Shown here piece after piece: positions 21,376 to 24,000 of a DNA stretch of 24,000 nt. The DNA is from Bradyrhizobium frederickii (lineage in GTDB: Bacteria; Pseudomonadota; Alphaproteobacteria; Rhizobiales; Xanthobacteraceae), in NCBI RefSeq assembly GCF_004570865.1, contig NZ_SPQS01000041.1, positions 1 to 24,000 on the forward strand, written 5' to 3'. The position numbers were made by a program, and so were the translations under genes. The stretch's first letter is position 1. The number at the start of each line of letters is the position of its first letter. The notes beneath the pieces were generated by a model. That model saw only the letters and a list, made by a program, of their open reading frames with translations. It searched no databases and was not told where the DNA came from.

Positions 21376-22877
21376 GGCGGCTTCCAGAGACAGCCGCCCC
21401 GGCTGGCTATGCCGCCCTGATCCACGCCTGCGAGCTGTCCGTTCCGGTCCCCCGACTCTTGTCAGCCATCGGGTCCAGGCACCGCATCATCGAGCAGGAT
21501 GGCTGGCGCGTCTACACGCCACGCCACGCGCCCGAAGCTTCTCTTGAGGGGCATCTGACTTTCGCCCTCAAGTATGAGGGGCTGGACCTTGCCGTTCTGA
21601 AGCGGATCTTCCTCGCCGTGAAGGAAGGGGATATCGCCGAACTCGTGCGCCAAAAGCCGACCGGCCTTTACACGCGCCGTATCTGGTTCTTGTACGAGTG
21701 GCTGCTTGGCCGGGAGTTGCAGCTGCCGTCCGCGGATAAGGTATCGTATGTGGATGCTGTCGATACCGATCTTCAATTCGGCGGGACGGGACAGAACTCG
21801 ACCCGGCACCGCGTTCGCAACAATCTGCCGGGTACGCCGGAATTCTGTCCGCTCGTGTTCAGGACCTCCGCGTTGAACGAATTCATTGCGCAGGACTGGA
21901 AGGAGCGCGCGCGCGCCGTCGTCAGCGAAGTCCCGAAGGATTTGCTCGCGCGGACGGCGGCATTTCTTCTGCTGAAGGATTCGAAGTCCAGTTACGTGAT
22001 CGAGGGAGAGAGGCCGCCGCAGGACCGCATTCAGCGGTGGGGTCGCGCCATCGGCGAGGCAGGCCGCGCGCCGCTCGACGCGCAGGAATTCCTGCGGCTC
22101 CAGGGCATCGTCATTGGCGACGAACGCTTCGTGAAGATGGGCTTCCGCCAGGAAGGCGGCTTTGTCGGCGAGCATGACCGCGATACGCAACGGGCCATTC
22201 CCGATCATATCAGTGCGCGGCACGAAGATATCGCCTCGCTTATGGCGGGCCTGATCGCGTTCGATCATAGCGCGGAGAACGATCTCGATCCCGTTGTCGC
22301 CGCAGCGGTGCTGGCGTTCGGCTTTGTCTATATTCATCCATTCGAGGACGGTAACGGGCGCATCCATCGTTACCTGATGCACCATGTCCTTGCCCGCCGT
22401 GGCTTCAATCCACCGGGACTGCATTTCCCAGTCTCTTCGGCCATCCTCGACAGGATCACAGAATACAAGAGTGTGCTCGAAAGCTATTCCAGCAGATTGC
22501 TTCCATGCGTTCAGTGGGAAGCGACTCAGAAGGGCAACGTGAAGGTCCTGAACGATACCGCCGATTTCTACCGGTTCTTCGACGCGACGCCGCACGCGGA
22601 ATTTTTGTACGAATGCGTGCGACAGACGATTGAGCAGGACCTTCCCAACGAAACTAACTTCCTCCGAAGCTTCGACGCCTTCCGGGCAGGCATCGAGAAC
22701 ATGATCGATATGCCCGAGCGTACCCTCAACAATCTCTTTGGTTTCCTTCGGCAGAACGATGGGAAGCTATCGAAGCGTGCACAGGAAAACGAATTTACCC
22801 AACTGACTCGAGACGAAGTTCAGCAAATCGAGGCGCTCTATGCCGAATCCTTCGGCGAAGGAGGCGGCGGTGCGTAA
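21339..22877 (+). CDS. Fic-domain protein (class II, with intramolecular inhibitory motif)
   Basis: The canonical Fic motif HPFEDGNGRIHR (H-x-F-x-D/E-G-N-G-R-x-x-R) is present. An upstream SYVIEG matches the (S/T)-x-x-x-E-(G/N) inhibitory-helix motif. The GTG start at 21339 is uncertain because repeats 7 and 8 of the array fall inside the first 12 codons. Confidence 0.9.
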   Translation: MQFSGPVSVFHDRRLPETAAPAGYAALIHACELSVPVPRLLSAIGSRHRIIEQDGWRVYTPRHAPEASLEGHLTFALKYEGLDLAVLKRIFLAVKEGDIAELVRQKPTGLYTRRIWFLYEWLLGRELQLPSADKVSYVDAVDTDLQFGGTGQNSTRHRVRNNLPGTPEFCPLVFRTSALNEFIAQDWKERARAVVSEVPKDLLARTAAFLLLKDSKSSYVIEGERPPQDRIQRWGRAIGEAGRAPLDAQEFLRLQGIVIGDERFVKMGFRQEGGFVGEHDRDTQRAIPDHISARHEDIASLMAGLIAFDHSAENDLDPVVAAAVLAFGFVYIHPFEDGNGRIHRYLMHHVLARRGFNPPGLHFPVSSAILDRITEYKSVLESYSSRLLPCVQWEATQKGNVKVLNDTADFYRFFDATPHAEFLYECVRQTIEQDLPNETNFLRSFDAFRAGIENMIDMPERTLNNLFGFLRQNDGKLSKRAQENEFTQLTRDEVQQIEALYAESFGEGGGGA

Positions 22878-22915
22878 AAGAAACTACACGGCCCTGCTCG
22901 GATTAGCTCGGCGCT

Positions 22916-23474
22916 GTGGATCACCCCAATAACGATTGCCTGCTTGGGTGGGGTTCTCTTATATGGAATCCAGGAGATTTGCCGCTGCAAGACTGACGGC
23001 CCCGCTATTCCGGTGGAATGCGCACGGCAATCCAACAACGGGCGGATTACACTTGTAGTGACGCCAGATTCCCCTGACGTGACCGTCCTTTGGGCGTGCC
23101 TAGAAGCTGCGAACATCGACGCCGCAATACGAGAGCTTGCGCTCAGGGAAGAGGTCAAGCCACGCCATACCGATTCCAATATCGGATTTTGGACACGGGG
23201 AAGAACGTCGCCTCATCGAGAAGCTCACGAAATCGGCGTTTGGGCAAAGAAATACAACCTCGACGGCGTCGTATGGACCGCTTTGCGCCCGAAATTCGGA
23301 ACCGCGTACCGAACACCGACTGAACGCGAGGTTGTTGATTATCTTGCCGGACTTAAAGGAGAGGTTCGCACACGGGCGGAAGCCTATTGCCGCCTGGCCC
23401 CAACTCAAATTCGAACGCCATATCGCGCTGCTATCGAAGCGACCTTGGGGTGGAGTACAACGGAGCAGGAATGA
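22916..23474 (+). pseudogene. Hypothetical protein, frame broken near 22985-22996
   Basis: The GTG at 22916 opens VDHPNNDCLLGWGSLIWNPGDLPLQD*. GWGSLIWNP resembles the N-terminal motif of ChaC / gamma-glutamylcyclotransferase-like proteins. The 176-aa ORF-track frame continues ..TDGPAIPVECARQSNNGRITLVVTP.... Removing one nucleotide near CAAGACTGA joins the two frames. Confidence 0.45.
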
Positions 23475-23639
23475 CGCAGGAATTAGCACGACACGGGACG
23501 GCGATAAGCCTGTCGAATATTCGTTTCAAGAACCGCGTGAACTGAGAAGTCGACCATCGAAAATGCTCAGGTTTTGAAACGGACTATATAGTGCGAGAAG
23601 TCGGTCGGCAGAGCAACCTGCCGTTGGGTGGCATCCACA

Positions 23640-23880
23640 GGGGCAAAATGCTGCACCGCCTCCCGAAATGCATCAAAAACTAAGGCCGGCGTTCCCGGAC
23701 GCGCACACGGCCTCCGTAAGGCTGGCGCGACGATGGCCGCGGAGAACCTCGCGACGCCTCACCAGCTCAAGGCGATATTCGGTTGACGTACCCTCTCTCA
23801 GGCGGAGCTCTACACCGAGAAAGTCCGACAGCAAGTACTGGCAGGTGGCGCGATGAACCTCATCGCGTTCGTTCCCGCTG
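23640..23880 (+). pseudogene. Tyrosine recombinase C-terminal fragment with nonsense mutation
   Basis: The fragment reads ..KAGVPGRAHGLRKAGATMAAENLATPHQLKAIFG*RTLSQAELYTEKVRQQVLAGGAM. The HGLRKA box and the (A)E.YT box containing the catalytic Tyr are present. A TGA sits where Trp or His normally follows the Gly. No N-terminal part is present. Confidence 0.55.
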
Positions 23881-24000
23881 GTCAGAACCGGAGCTGAAGC
23901 CGATAGTGTGAATCCACAAGCTGCGGAACTGCCGCGCCGAAAATGCAGATCAACCTATGCTGAAATAGACGACGTCAGCCGTCGCGTCCTGATGTGCGCA

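Noticed and set aside
21462-22595. 377-aa minus-strand ORF inside the fic gene
   Set aside because: It is antisense to a gene with a perfect Fic motif. It has no recognisable motifs and an Arg/Ala-rich shadow composition.

Overview
High-GC DNA (about 63% by my spot counts on single lines), alphaproteobacterium-like and from an accessory, IS-rich region. Left part (1-4.8 kb): IS debris from IS5-, IS1380-, IS6- and IS3-like elements, surrounding a minus-strand class I ribonucleotide reductase operon (nrdAB) that sits behind a textbook cobalamin riboswitch. Centre (5.2-12.0 kb): a visibly lower-GC (about 50%) plus-strand seven-gene cluster. It encodes a complete copper membrane monooxygenase with all metal ligands intact (pmoCAB/amoCAB gene order). 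This is followed by a PmoD-like protein, CopC, a CopD-cytochrome c-Cys-less peroxiredoxin-fold fusion, and a His/Met-rich DUF4399-like periplasmic protein. Right part (12-24 kb): a decayed mosaic of integrative-element remains. It holds three tyrosine-integrase fragments, a tRNA-3'-end-like att scar, an excisionase-like remnant and a polysaccharide deacetylase. It also holds an HNH-nuclease three-gene operon and a DUF3892 gene flanked by about 130-nt direct repeats. Finally, a frame-broken wHTH/small/Cys-rich/GHKL-like operon is transcribed divergently from a class II Fic gene, across a helically phased array of eight short repeats. Several genes in the right part have single-nucleotide frame breaks. 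I saw no rRNA, intact tRNA or CRISPR array. All family names come from my own motif recognition, not from searches.
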